The notes: generated by a model not told the origin, from the letters alone. A DNA stretch of 64,000 nt from Conexibacter sp. (GCA_025964325.1 JAOPZA010000174.1:3327-67326), one strand, 5' to 3'. Numbered from the stretch's first letter, positions 1-8,686 are shown. Numbers and translations are program-made.

Positions 1-125
1 CCGACGTGCGTGCCGGTCAGGCCAAGCGTGTGGCGCAGGAAGTCGGCCGCGTGCTCGCGCACCGAGACCTGCTCGCGGTGGACGGTTCCGTTCACCGTCA
101 CGGTGATCTCGACGGTGTCGCTCAT
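1..125 (-). CDS. (2Fe-2S)-binding small subunit of a xanthine dehydrogenase/CoxS-family Mo-hydroxylase; N-terminal part only, runs off the window
   Basis: Manual translation from ATG at 125: MSDTVEITVTVNGTVHREQVSVREHAADFLRHTLGLTGTHV, a typical CoxS N-terminus; start overlaps the stop of the CoxM-like gene. Confidence 0.85.
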   Translation of the reverse strand, partial: MSDTVEITVTVNGTVHREQVSVREHAADFLRHTLGLTGTHV

Positions 126-988
126 CGGTCCTCTCCTGCGGCAAGGTCGGTCAGCACGCGACGCACGTGCACGGGCACGAGGTGGCGGCGGTAGTCGGCG
201 CTCGCGCGCACGTCGTCGGGCGGGTCGGCGACCTCCAGCGCGAGCTGGGCGGCCTCCTCGATCGCGGCCGCGTCCCAGCGCGCGCCCTCGAGCCGCGCGG
301 CGGCGGCCGGCGCCAGCACCGGGCGGTCGTTGATCCCGCCGAGCGCGATCCGCACGTCGTGCCAGCGGCCGTCGGCGTCCTCGCTGCCGACCGCGACGAC
401 GCTGATCAGCGCGAAGTCGTTGTGCTTGCGGCCGCGCTCGAAGAAGCGGCAGCGCGACGGCGCGAGCGGGAAGCGCAGCGCGACGAGCAGCTCCTCGGGC
501 TCGAGCACGTTGGCGTAGGAGCCCTCGAAGAACTGCTCGATCGGGATCGTGCGCTCGCCGCCGCTCCCGCGCGCCAGCACGGAGGCGCCGAGCGCAAGGC
601 ACACGAGCCCCATCTCGCCGGTCGGATCCGACTGGGCGACGGCGCCGCCGAGCGTGCCGCGGTTGCGCACCTGGCGGTCGCCGATGTAGCGGACGACGTG
701 CGCGAGCAGCGGCAGCCGCTCGGAGATGACGGGCGAGCGCTCGAGCGTCGCGTAGCGCACGAGCGCGCCGACGGTCGTCTCGGAGCCGCTGCACTCGATC
801 CGCCCGAGCTCGTCCTCGAGCCCGTTGATGTCGATCAGGGCGGAGGGCCGCATCAGCCGCATCCCGAGCATCGGGACGAGGCTCTGGCCGCCCGCCAGCA
901 CGCGCGCCATGCCGGCGTGCTGGTCGAGCGCGTCGACCGCCTGCGCGACCGTCGCGGGGCGGATGTAGTCGAAGGGCGCGGGCTTCAC
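122..988 (-). CDS. FAD-binding medium subunit (CoxM/CutM family) of a Mo-hydroxylase
   Basis: MKPAPFDY start, LAGGQSLVPM, QVRNRGTLGG, RKHNDFA motifs. Confidence 0.92.
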   Translation of the reverse strand: MKPAPFDYIRPATVAQAVDALDQHAGMARVLAGGQSLVPMLGMRLMRPSALIDINGLEDELGRIECSGSETTVGALVRYATLERSPVISERLPLLAHVVRYIGDRQVRNRGTLGGAVAQSDPTGEMGLVCLALGASVLARGSGGERTIPIEQFFEGSYANVLEPEELLVALRFPLAPSRCRFFERGRKHNDFALISVVAVGSEDADGRWHDVRIALGGINDRPVLAPAAAARLEGARWDAAAIEEAAQLALEVADPPDDVRASADYRRHLVPVHVRRVLTDLAAGEDR

Positions 989-992
989 GCGC

Positions 993-2072
993 TCAGCTCC
1001 CCCCGAAGCTCATGAATCTCGCGAGCACGCGGTCGACGGCGCCGCCCTCGGCGCCCGAGGAGACCGTCTTCTGCGGCTTCGTGCTCCAGACCGTCTCCGG
1101 CCGCGCCTGCAGCAGGTGCAGGGCGCCGTCGTGGTCGACCGCCCACTCGAGGTCCTGCGGCGCCTTGCGGTGACGCTCGACGCGCTTGCCGAGCTCCGCG
1201 ATCGCGAGCACCTGCGCCTCGGTCAGGCACGGCTGCGAGCCGCGCTCGGCCTCGAGCGGCATCAGGTCGACCTCGCCGCGCGCCTCGTCGAAGCGGTACT
1301 CCTCCGTCTGGGTCGAGACGTCGCTCTCGAGCAGCTCGAGCGTGACCTTGTCGACGCGGAAGCGGTCGGGCGTGACGTCGCCCTTGACGACGCCCTCGCC
1401 GAGGCCCCAGCAGCCCTCGAGCACGATCTTCGAGCGGTCGCCGCTGATCGGGTCGAGCGTGAACATCACGCCGGCCGCGCGGGCCCTGACCATCTGCTGC
1501 ACGCCGACGCACATGCCGGGCAGCTCGTCGCCGGACATCTTCGCCTCCTCGGTCGGGCGGTACGTCAGCACCGCCGGGCCGAACAGGCCGGTCCAGCAGC
1601 GGCGCACGTGCGCGAGCACGGCGTCGGCGCCCTGGATCCACAGGTAGGTGTCGTACTGCCCGGCGAAGCTCGCGCCCTCGAGGTCCTCCGAGACCCCGCT
1701 CGAGCGCACGGCGACCGGCAGGTCGGGCGTGCCGGCGCGGCGCTCGAGCTGCGCGTACGCGTCGCGGATCTCCCGCTCGAGCGCGGCCGGCAGCGGCGCG
1801 GCGTCGATCAGCCGCGTCAGCTCGGCGCTGGCGGTCTCGACGGCGGCGAGGTCGTCGACGTCGAGCGAGGCGCGCACGCGGCGCAGCTCCTCGACCAGCC
1901 CGGTGCCCTCGGCGAAGAGGCGGAACGCCTCGGCCGTGACGCCGAACGCGAGCGGGACGGCGAAGCCGGCCGCGGTCATCTCGGCGAGCGAGCCGAGCTT
2001 GCCGCCCAGCTGCCCGTCGGGAACGTCGGTCGCGTCGTCGATCCAGACGATCGATCTCAGTGCTGCCGTCAT
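993..2072 (-). CDS. Stand-alone PEP/pyruvate-binding (PPDK/PEP synthase N-terminal ATP-grasp) protein
   Basis: GGKLGSLAEM, VAVRSSGVSEDLEGASFAGQYDTYL, WGLGEGVVKG, QDLEWA, LLQARPETVWS; GGAGG upstream of ATG 2072; no phospho-His or pyruvate domain. Confidence 0.88.
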   Translation of the reverse strand: MTAALRSIVWIDDATDVPDGQLGGKLGSLAEMTAAGFAVPLAFGVTAEAFRLFAEGTGLVEELRRVRASLDVDDLAAVETASAELTRLIDAAPLPAALEREIRDAYAQLERRAGTPDLPVAVRSSGVSEDLEGASFAGQYDTYLWIQGADAVLAHVRRCWTGLFGPAVLTYRPTEEAKMSGDELPGMCVGVQQMVRARAAGVMFTLDPISGDRSKIVLEGCWGLGEGVVKGDVTPDRFRVDKVTLELLESDVSTQTEEYRFDEARGEVDLMPLEAERGSQPCLTEAQVLAIAELGKRVERHRKAPQDLEWAVDHDGALHLLQARPETVWSTKPQKTVSSGAEGGAVDRVLARFMSFGGS

Positions 2073-2131
2073 GCTGCTCCCTCCTCGAGGATGCGGACGA
2101 CGCCGGTGTCGCCGTCGACTTCGATCGGCAT
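2069..2131 (-). pseudogene. 20-codon mini-ORF resembling the C-terminal end of a PEP-utilising mobile (swivel) domain protein
   Basis: MPIEVDGDTGVVRILEEGAA*; starts 2 nt after the nicX-like stop; its TGA overlaps the next ATG (ATGA). Confidence 0.6.
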
Positions 2132-2133
2132 CG

Positions 2134-3183
2134 TCAGGCCCGCGCGAGCTCGTCGGCCTTGAGCGCGTCGACGACGATGTCGCCGTCGACGACGATCGGC
2201 TCGTCGTCGAGGTAGAGCGTGCAGTTGCGCATCGGAACGTCGACGTGGCAGAGCGTCTCGTTGGGGCCGCCCAGCTCACCGTTCGGCCCGGTCGAGAACA
2301 GCACGTTGCCGTAGAACGAGCGGCCGTGCATGCCCATGCCGCGGCGGTCGTAGGCGAGGATCGACCACTGCGCCGTCTCCAGCATGCCCCAGCCGATGTG
2401 CGAGATCCCGTATGCGTTCGGGTCCTTGAAGGAGGCCATGTACTCGCGCAGCAGGTCGGCGTCGAGACCGCCCGCGATCCGCTCGATGCGACCCGCCGCG
2501 ATCGTCAGCTCGATCGGCGTCTGCACGTAGCTCTTGAACGGGAAGACGATGTCGCCGGGGGCGATCACGACGGTGCCGTCGACGCCGTCGTCGGCGCCGC
2601 CGGTGAAGAGGAAGCCGGACGGCCAGTGGTCCCAGCGGCCGGGCGTGTCGGTGTAGCCGTACTGCGTGATGACGGGGTACGTGCCCAGCTTGTAGGTGAC
2701 GTCGCTGCCGGCCGCGTTCGTGAAGCGCAGCGTCTGCGCGCTGCCGAGCAGCTCCGCGCCGGCCTCGACGCGCTCGCGCAACCGCGCGCTCGGCGCCATC
2801 GCGCGGATGTGCTCGAGCGGCTCGATGCAGAGCAGCACGCGCGTGCCGGACTCCTGGATCTCGAGCTGCTCCTTGGAGAACAGCAGGAAGACGGTGTCGA
2901 TCACGAGGTCGACCTGCTTGAGCGCCTCGATCGCGGGGCGGTTGCCGGCCAGCGGCGTCTCGCCGACCTCCCACGCGCCCTGCTCGCCGTCCAGGCTGGA
3001 GGCCGAGCGCGGCAGGTTCACGTTGAAGCCGATCGCGCCGAGCTGCTCGGCCGCGGCGAGGAACGCGTCGACGTACTCGCTGCGCTGCTTGCCCTGGGAC
3101 AGCACGGCGACGGTGCTGCCCTCGCCGATGCCGCACAGCGTCAGCTCCTCGCGGCACATCTCGGTGAAGGTGGGGACGCGCAT
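2134..3183 (-). CDS. nicX: 2,5-dihydroxypyridine 5,6-dioxygenase-like (NicX family, aminopeptidase-like fold)
   Basis: QYGYTDTPGRWDHWPSGF, SHIGWG, GNVLFSTGPNGELGG, CHVDVPMRNC; neighbours NicD- and NicF-like genes. Confidence 0.85.
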   Translation of the reverse strand: MRVPTFTEMCREELTLCGIGEGSTVAVLSQGKQRSEYVDAFLAAAEQLGAIGFNVNLPRSASSLDGEQGAWEVGETPLAGNRPAIEALKQVDLVIDTVFLLFSKEQLEIQESGTRVLLCIEPLEHIRAMAPSARLRERVEAGAELLGSAQTLRFTNAAGSDVTYKLGTYPVITQYGYTDTPGRWDHWPSGFLFTGGADDGVDGTVVIAPGDIVFPFKSYVQTPIELTIAAGRIERIAGGLDADLLREYMASFKDPNAYGISHIGWGMLETAQWSILAYDRRGMGMHGRSFYGNVLFSTGPNGELGGPNETLCHVDVPMRNCTLYLDDEPIVVDGDIVVDALKADELARA

Positions 3184-3203
3184 AGAACCCTCTCTCTCGT
3201 GTC

Positions 3204-4079
3204 TCACAGCCGTGCCGCCGAAGCGGCCGCGACGTCGAACTCGCTCTCCAGAAGTGCGCGGACCTCGGCCATGAAGCCCGCGTGGTTGTCCCAGGCGACC
3301 ATGTGGCCGGCGGCCGGGACGACGCGCTGCAGGGCGGCCGGATTGGCCGCCGCCAGCTCCTCCGCGCCCGCGGCCGTGACCACGGGGCTCTCGCCCCCGC
3401 GGATCAGCACCGCCGGGCTCGGCACGTCGCGCCACCAGTTGAAGAGATCCTCGATCGTGAAGCGATCGTACGTGGCCAGGATCGCGCGCTCGTCGCAGGT
3501 CGACAGCCAGCGGGCGCGCAGCGCCAGCTCGGCGCGCGGCCAGAGCGGGTAGAAGCGCTGGATCTCGTCGGCGTTCGTGCCGGCGTAGCCCGCGTCGAGC
3601 TGCTGCACGAAGGACGCGCGCGGCGTCGGATAGGGGCCCCGCGGTCCGGGACCGCTGAGCGGCGGGTCGACGAGGATCGTGCCGGCCAGCTCGACGCTTC
3701 GGCGCGCCGCCAGGCAGGCCGCGATCCGCGCGCCCATCGAGTGTCCGAGCACGAGCGGGCGCTCGAGCCCGAGCGCCGCGATCACGCGCTCAGCGTCGTC
3801 GGCGTAGTCGTCGGTCGTGTACGTCGCGGCCGTGTCGGAGAGGCCGCGGCCGCGGATGTCGAGCACGATCGGGCGCACGAGGTCGCGCAGGCCGGCGACG
3901 ACGAAGTCCCACGTGATCGCCGGGCTCGTGATGCCGGGCAGGACGAGCAGCGGCGGCCGCTCGCCGCCGTAGTCGAGCGCGTGCAGGCGCACCGGCGCCT
4001 CCGCGATCCAGCGGCTCTGGGCGCCGAGCGACTGCAGCTCGGCGTGGTGCCGCTCGCCGACGTCGCGCCTAGAGGACAT
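3204..4079 (-). CDS. nicD: N-formylmaleamate deformylase-like alpha/beta hydrolase (NicD family)
   Basis: PGITSPAITW, GHSMGARIA, DPPLSGPG-RGPYP, AGHMVAWDN. Confidence 0.8.
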   Translation of the reverse strand: MSSRRDVGERHHAELQSLGAQSRWIAEAPVRLHALDYGGERPPLLVLPGITSPAITWDFVVAGLRDLVRPIVLDIRGRGLSDTAATYTTDDYADDAERVIAALGLERPLVLGHSMGARIAACLAARRSVELAGTILVDPPLSGPGPRGPYPTPRASFVQQLDAGYAGTNADEIQRFYPLWPRAELALRARWLSTCDERAILATYDRFTIEDLFNWWRDVPSPAVLIRGGESPVVTAAGAEELAAANPAALQRVVPAAGHMVAWDNHAGFMAEVRALLESEFDVAAASAARL

Positions 4080-5070
4080 CGCCGACCTCCGTCCGCTCCA
4101 GCTGCGCCAGCACGGCGTCGCCGAGCTCCGCTGTCGTCGCCGCGCCGCCGCGGTCCGGCGTCGCCGTCGTCGCGATCGCGCGGTCGAGCGCGTCGTCGAG
4201 GCGGCCCGCCTGCAGCGGCAGCCCGAGCCCGTGCTCGAGCAGCATCGCGGTCGAGCGGATCATCGCCGTCGGATTCGCGATCCCCTTGCCGGCGATGTCG
4301 GGCGCGGTGCCGTGGACGGGCTCGAACAGCCCGGGGCCGTCGTCGGTCAGGCACGCGGAGGCGGCTTCGCCGAGCCCGCCGGCGATCGCCGCGGCGACGT
4401 CGGAGAGGATGTCGCCGAACGTGTTCTCGGTCACGATCACGTCGAACTGCGTCGGATCCTGCACGAGCTTCATCGCGGCCGTGTCGACGAGCAGGTGGTC
4501 GAGCGCGACGTCGGGGAACTCCCGCGCCAGCTCGACCGCGGTCGAGCGCCACAGCCGCGAGGTCGCGAGCACGTTCGCCTTGTCGACCGACGTCAGCCGG
4601 CCGCCACGGGCGCGCGCGAGCTCGAAGCCCTTGCGGACGATCCGCCGCACCTGGTCGGGGTGGTACTCGCAGGTGTCGAAGACGGTCCCGTCGGGACGCG
4701 TGCCGCGGGCGCCGAAGTAGAGGCCGCCGATCAGCTCCCGCACGATCATCAGGTCGACGCCGGGCGCGTGGAACGGACGCAGGTTGGCGTAGACGTCGAG
4801 CTGGCGGCGCAGCTCGAACATGCCGTCCTCCGGGTTGCGGGCGCTCCAGGCGTAGGCGTCGGAGCCGACCGCGCCCATCAGGACGCCGTCGGAGGCGAGG
4901 CACGCCGCGAGCGTCGCGGGCGGCAGCGGGTCGCCGTCGGACTCGATCGCGGCGGCGCCGAGCGGGTGCTCGGCCAGTTCGATCCCGGGGATCAGCGCCC
5001 GCAGGACCTTCGCGCTCTCCGCCATCACCTCGGGGCCGATGCCGTCGCCGCCCAGCAGCACGATCCTCAT
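4069..5070 (-). CDS. LeuB/tartrate/D-malate family decarboxylating dehydrogenase
   Basis: GDGIGPEV, YANLRP, VRELIGGLYFG, DKANVL, ENTFGDILSD, EPVHGTAPDIAGKGIANP. Confidence 0.88.
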   Translation of the reverse strand: MRIVLLGGDGIGPEVMAESAKVLRALIPGIELAEHPLGAAAIESDGDPLPPATLAACLASDGVLMGAVGSDAYAWSARNPEDGMFELRRQLDVYANLRPFHAPGVDLMIVRELIGGLYFGARGTRPDGTVFDTCEYHPDQVRRIVRKGFELARARGGRLTSVDKANVLATSRLWRSTAVELAREFPDVALDHLLVDTAAMKLVQDPTQFDVIVTENTFGDILSDVAAAIAGGLGEAASACLTDDGPGLFEPVHGTAPDIAGKGIANPTAMIRSTAMLLEHGLGLPLQAGRLDDALDRAIATTATPDRGGAATTAELGDAVLAQLERTEVGDVL

Positions 5071-5723
5071 CGGCGCCTCGTCTCGGTCGGCGTCAGCGAG
5101 CTGAGGTAGGCGAGCACCTCGGCGACCGGCAGCACGTCGCCGTACTTCGCCTGGATGTCGAAGAGGTTGGCCTCGTGCGGGCCCTGCGCGCGGTCGCCGA
5201 CGGCCTCGCGCGGCACCAGCACGGGGAAGCCGCTCTGGACCGCGTCGACGGCGGTCGCGCGCACGCAGCCGCTCGTGACGGCGCCGGTCACGATCACGGT
5301 GTCGACGCCGAGCGCGACGAGCGTCGCGGCGAGGCTCGTGCCGAAGAAGGCGGAGGCCCCTCTCTTGACGACGAGCGGGTCGCCCGGCTCGCGCGGCAGG
5401 CGCGGGTCGATCTCGACCAGCTCGCTGCCCTCGCGCAGCACGCCGAGCCCGGGCGCCTTGCGCAGCCAGGCACAGGCGCCGTTGACGTCGGCCTCGTCGA
5501 ACGCGATCGTCGTGAACAGCACCGGCGCGGCGATCGCGCGGGCGGCCGCGATCAGCGCCACGTTCGCCTCGACCACCGCGGTCAGGTCGGAACCGGTCGG
5601 AAAGCGCTGCTCGGTGAACCCGCGGCTGAGGTCCACGACGACGATCGCCGGACGGCTCCCGCGCTCCACTTGGGCGCCGAAGCCGGCGCGCTCGTACGTT
5701 GCGTCAGTCTCGTCGTCGTACAT
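5067..5723 (-). CDS. nicF: Isochorismatase-family amidohydrolase (maleamate amidohydrolase NicF-like)
   Basis: AIVVVDLSRGF, SAFFGTSL, GAVTSGCVRATAVDA, ANLFDIQAKYGDV. Confidence 0.8.
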   Translation of the reverse strand: MYDDETDATYERAGFGAQVERGSRPAIVVVDLSRGFTEQRFPTGSDLTAVVEANVALIAAARAIAAPVLFTTIAFDEADVNGACAWLRKAPGLGVLREGSELVEIDPRLPREPGDPLVVKRGASAFFGTSLAATLVALGVDTVIVTGAVTSGCVRATAVDAVQSGFPVLVPREAVGDRAQGPHEANLFDIQAKYGDVLPVAEVLAYLSSLTPTETRRR

Positions 5724-5736
5724 GCTGCGGAAGCAT

Positions 5737-5752
5737 TGCATACAGGTATACA
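5737..5752. promoter_or_regulatory. Candidate GntR-family operator (tandem TG/GG-(C/T)ATACA boxes)
   Basis: TGCATACA-GGTATACA, 14 nt upstream of the nicF-like start, between the operon and the divergent GntR gene. Confidence 0.5.
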
Positions 5753-5855
5753 CATCGCAAGCGTCGCGGACCGAGGCCCGTCCGCCAGGGTAGTCCTGGA
5801 TACGGGAATGCCGATCTGCTCCACAACGATGACCACGCTCCCTACAATGCGCCGC

Positions 5856-6542
5856 GTGGTGGATCTGCAGGTCAGCCCGGGCAGCTCGCTCGGCGAGAAG
5901 ACGAGTGTCGCGGCGGCCCGCGTGCTGCGCGAGGCGATCCTGTCCGGCCAGCTGCCGCCCGGCTTCACGCTCGGCGAGCAGAGCCTCGGCAGACAGCTCG
6001 GCATCAGCCGGACGCCGATCCGCGAAGCGCTGCTGCTGCTGCAGGGCGAGGGGCTCGTCGAGACGCCGCCGAACCGCCCGGCCGCCGTGCGCTCGTTCAC
6101 GGCCGCGGACCTGCGCGAGATGCACTCGCTGCGCGCCGTGCTCGAGGGCTACGCCGCGCGCACCGCCGCCGCGCGCCTGACCGACGCCGACATCGTGCTG
6201 CTGGAGGAGAGCGTCGAGCGCTACGGCCGGCTCAGACGCGAGGACGAGGGCCTCCCCCGCCTCGTCGAGGAGAACTTCGCGTTCCACAACACGATCGTGC
6301 AGGCCGCCGGCAGCGACCGGTTGACGCAGATGATCCGCCAGGTGACGGCGCTGCCGCTGATCTACAAGAGCTACCTGACGTACTCCTCGGAGAACCGCGA
6401 CCAGGCCTGGAAGCACCACACGACGATCCTCGACGCGCTGCGCGACCGCGATCCCGACCGCGCCGAGTTCGCGATGAAGACCCACGTGATGTGGGCGCGC
6501 GACGTCGCGCTCGCGCACCTGCCGCTGATCGCCGACGGCTGA
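5856..6542 (+). CDS. GntR-family (FCD domain) transcriptional regulator
   Basis: LREAILSGQLPPG...LGISRTPIREALLLLQGEGLV; N..FH..I..AAGS; probable leaderless GTG 7 nt after TACAAT (5843-5848). Confidence 0.9.
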   Translation: MVDLQVSPGSSLGEKTSVAAARVLREAILSGQLPPGFTLGEQSLGRQLGISRTPIREALLLLQGEGLVETPPNRPAAVRSFTAADLREMHSLRAVLEGYAARTAAARLTDADIVLLEESVERYGRLRREDEGLPRLVEENFAFHNTIVQAAGSDRLTQMIRQVTALPLIYKSYLTYSSENRDQAWKHHTTILDALRDRDPDRAEFAMKTHVMWARDVALAHLPLIADG

Positions 6543-6556
6543 CGCCGTCGGTCGGA

Positions 6557-6576
6557 AGAAAGGCTGGCGCCTTTCT
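6557..6576. repeat. Hairpin, 8-bp stem with TGGC loop, between convergent genes (terminator or REP-like)
   Basis: AGAAAGGC-TGGC-GCCTTTCT. Confidence 0.6.
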
Positions 6577-6602
6577 CCCCGCGCTCTATCAACGTGCGCG
6601 AC

Positions 6603-7223
6603 CTAGCCCAGCAGGCCGACCCGCTGCGCGCGCTGCACGGCCTCGGCGCGGTTTCGCGCCTTCAGCTTGCGGTAGAGCGCGCTCGTGTGCTCCTTCACCG
6701 TGTGCGGCGAGAGGTAGAGCTGCTCGGCGATCTCGCGGTTGGTCGAGCCGGTCGCGATCAGCGCCAGGACCTCGCGCTCGCGCTCGGACAGCAGCGTCGA
6801 GGGCTGCTCGGCCTGCGGCGGGAACATCGTCATGCCGAGGCCGACCATCCGCACCGCCATCGCGACGTCGTGCGCGCCCCAGTCCTTCGAGACGAAGCCG
6901 GAGGCGCCCGCCGCCTTCGCCGCGTGCGGCGAGATCCGTCCCGCGCCGGAGATCAGCAGCACGCGCGTGTCGGGCGAGCTGGAGCGGATCGACTCCGTGA
7001 TGTCGGCGCCCGACTCGTCGCCGACGAAGAGGTCGACGAGCGCGACGTGCGGACGGTAGCGGCGCGTCATCTCGAGCGCCTCGGTCGCGTTTCTGGCGGC
7101 CACGCAGCGCTCGACCCACGACTGCTCGCCGAGCAGCAGGCGAAAGCCCCAGTGGACGACGTCGTGGTCGTCGACGACGAGCACGCGCAGGCGGCGCTCG
7201 GAGTCCGCCTTCGCGATGCTCAT
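6603..7223 (-). CDS. NarL/LuxR-family response regulator
   Basis: VLVVDDHDVVHWG receiver, GASGFVSK, LSEREREVL...TVKEH HTH. Confidence 0.92.
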   Translation of the reverse strand: MSIAKADSERRLRVLVVDDHDVVHWGFRLLLGEQSWVERCVAARNATEALEMTRRYRPHVALVDLFVGDESGADITESIRSSSPDTRVLLISGAGRISPHAAKAAGASGFVSKDWGAHDVAMAVRMVGLGMTMFPPQAEQPSTLLSEREREVLALIATGSTNREIAEQLYLSPHTVKEHTSALYRKLKARNRAEAVQRAQRVGLLG

Positions 7224-8362
7224 GCGTCCAGCGCTCCCTCGAGCGGCACGACGAGGCGGACGCGCCAGCCGTGCGGCTCGACCGACTTGTCGGCGCCGAA
7301 CTCGACGAAGCCGCCGTGCTGGAGGGCCTCGAACGCGCCCAGCCGCAGGCCCATGCCGCCGCCCGGACGCGAGCCGGTGACGCCGTCGTTGCGGACGATC
7401 AGCTCGAACGTGTCCTCGTCGCGCTTGACGCAGACGTCGACGCGCATCGGCGTCGCGTGCTTGCGCACGTTGCGGACCGCCTCGGCGAGGATCGACTGCG
7501 TCAGGCCCTCGAGCTTGCGCGGGACCTCGACGTCCGCGGGCCAGCTGAGCACGATCGGCAGGCCGGTCTCGCGCGTGAGGCGGGCGATCTCGGCGCGCAG
7601 CGTCGTACCCGTCTCGTAGGCGACCGGGGCGAGCGGCCGTTCGAGCGCGCTGCGCAGGTCGGCGAGCGCGCCCGTCATCTCCTCGCGGCAGCGTTCGCGC
7701 TGCTCGTCGGTCAGCGGCTGCTGGGCGCTCAGCACGAGCGAGACGCCGAAGAGGCGCTGCATCACGCGCTCGTGGATCTCGCGCGCGAGGTCGATCCGCT
7801 CGCCGAGGCGGCGAGTGCGCTCCTGCTGGCGCGTCGCCATGCGCGCGGTTGCGGCAAGCGCCGCGGTCTTGCCCAGCGTCCACATCAGGTGGCGCTCGCC
7901 GTCGCCGAGCTCGAACTCGCCCTCGCCGCGGTCGGCGACGATCACGCCGTACTGGTGTCCGGCGGCCGCCAGCGGCGTGCAGACGAGCGACGTGATGCCG
8001 AGCAGCTTCGCGTAGTCGGGCGGCAGCTCGCGCTCGATCATGTCGGCCTCGACGAGGATCACGCGGTCCTCCGCGAGCGCGCGCTGGGCGATCGGTGCGT
8101 CCTCGAGCGTCGGGCGCAGCTTCGCCAGGCGCGCGAACGAGATCCCGTGGGTTCCGACCGCGCGGACGCGCATGCGGCCGGCGTCGTAGAGGAAGATCGC
8201 GGCGCGGCGCATCGTCGTGAGGCGGCAGATCGCCTCGCAGATGCGGTGGTAGAACTCGGCCGTCGTCGCGCCGCTCTCGATCTCCGAGAGCAGGTCGACG
8301 AAGACCTCCAGCGGCTCGACTCCCGCGAACAGGCTCGGCTCGCGCGGCGCCGGAGTCGCCAC
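7220..8362 (-). CDS. GAF-domain sensor histidine kinase (HisKA_3 type)
   Basis: GAF segment (AAIFLYD...LVCTPL), LAREIHERVMQRLF H-box, EAVRNVRKHA, IVRNDG; GTG start 2 nt after the upstream stop. Confidence 0.8.
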   Translation of the reverse strand: MATPAPREPSLFAGVEPLEVFVDLLSEIESGATTAEFYHRICEAICRLTTMRRAAIFLYDAGRMRVRAVGTHGISFARLAKLRPTLEDAPIAQRALAEDRVILVEADMIERELPPDYAKLLGITSLVCTPLAAAGHQYGVIVADRGEGEFELGDGERHLMWTLGKTAALAATARMATRQQERTRRLGERIDLAREIHERVMQRLFGVSLVLSAQQPLTDEQRERCREEMTGALADLRSALERPLAPVAYETGTTLRAEIARLTRETGLPIVLSWPADVEVPRKLEGLTQSILAEAVRNVRKHATPMRVDVCVKRDEDTFELIVRNDGVTGSRPGGGMGLRLGAFEALQHGGFVEFGADKSVEPHGWRVRLVVPLEGALDA

Positions 8363-8364
8363 GC

Positions 8365-8631
8365 TCAGAGCGCGGTCAGCAGGTCGGGCGAGTGGGGCGT
8401 CAGGTCGAGGGGGCATGTGCGGTGCAGCGAGAGCCGGAGCGCCTGCTCGGGCGTGAGGAAGACGTCACGCTCGTGACCGCAGGCCGTGCAGACACACCGT
8501 GCCCGACGATCGTATCCCCCTCCGTCAAGCGACCACCGGACCGACGACGAAAGGCACATCGGACAGGCGAGCGACGCGGCCACGAGCAGGCCGGGCTCGT
8601 CGGGGCGGAAGTGCGCGGTCTCACATGCCAT
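8365..8631 (-). CDS. Small Cys-rich (putative Zn-ribbon) hypothetical protein, 88 aa
   Basis: MACETAHF...CPMC...CVCTACG...; sits directly ahead of the kinase gene in the same orientation. Confidence 0.6.
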   Translation of the reverse strand: MACETAHFRPDEPGLLVAASLACPMCLSSSVRWSLDGGGYDRRARCVCTACGHERDVFLTPEQALRLSLHRTCPLDLTPHSPDLLTAL

Positions 8632-8686
8632 TCCGGTCGAGCTTGCTCCGAGCTCGCGGCAGCGAACACCCGCAGGGCGTGAATAC

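Noticed and set aside
3282-6542. 1086-aa ORF and many other long ORFs in the track (e.g. 22538-26704, 26528-30340, 57067-59949)
   Set aside because: Shadow frames caused by stop-codon scarcity at high GC; Arg/Ala/Pro-rich nonsense overlapping well-supported genes. Only the terminal segments matching real genes were kept.
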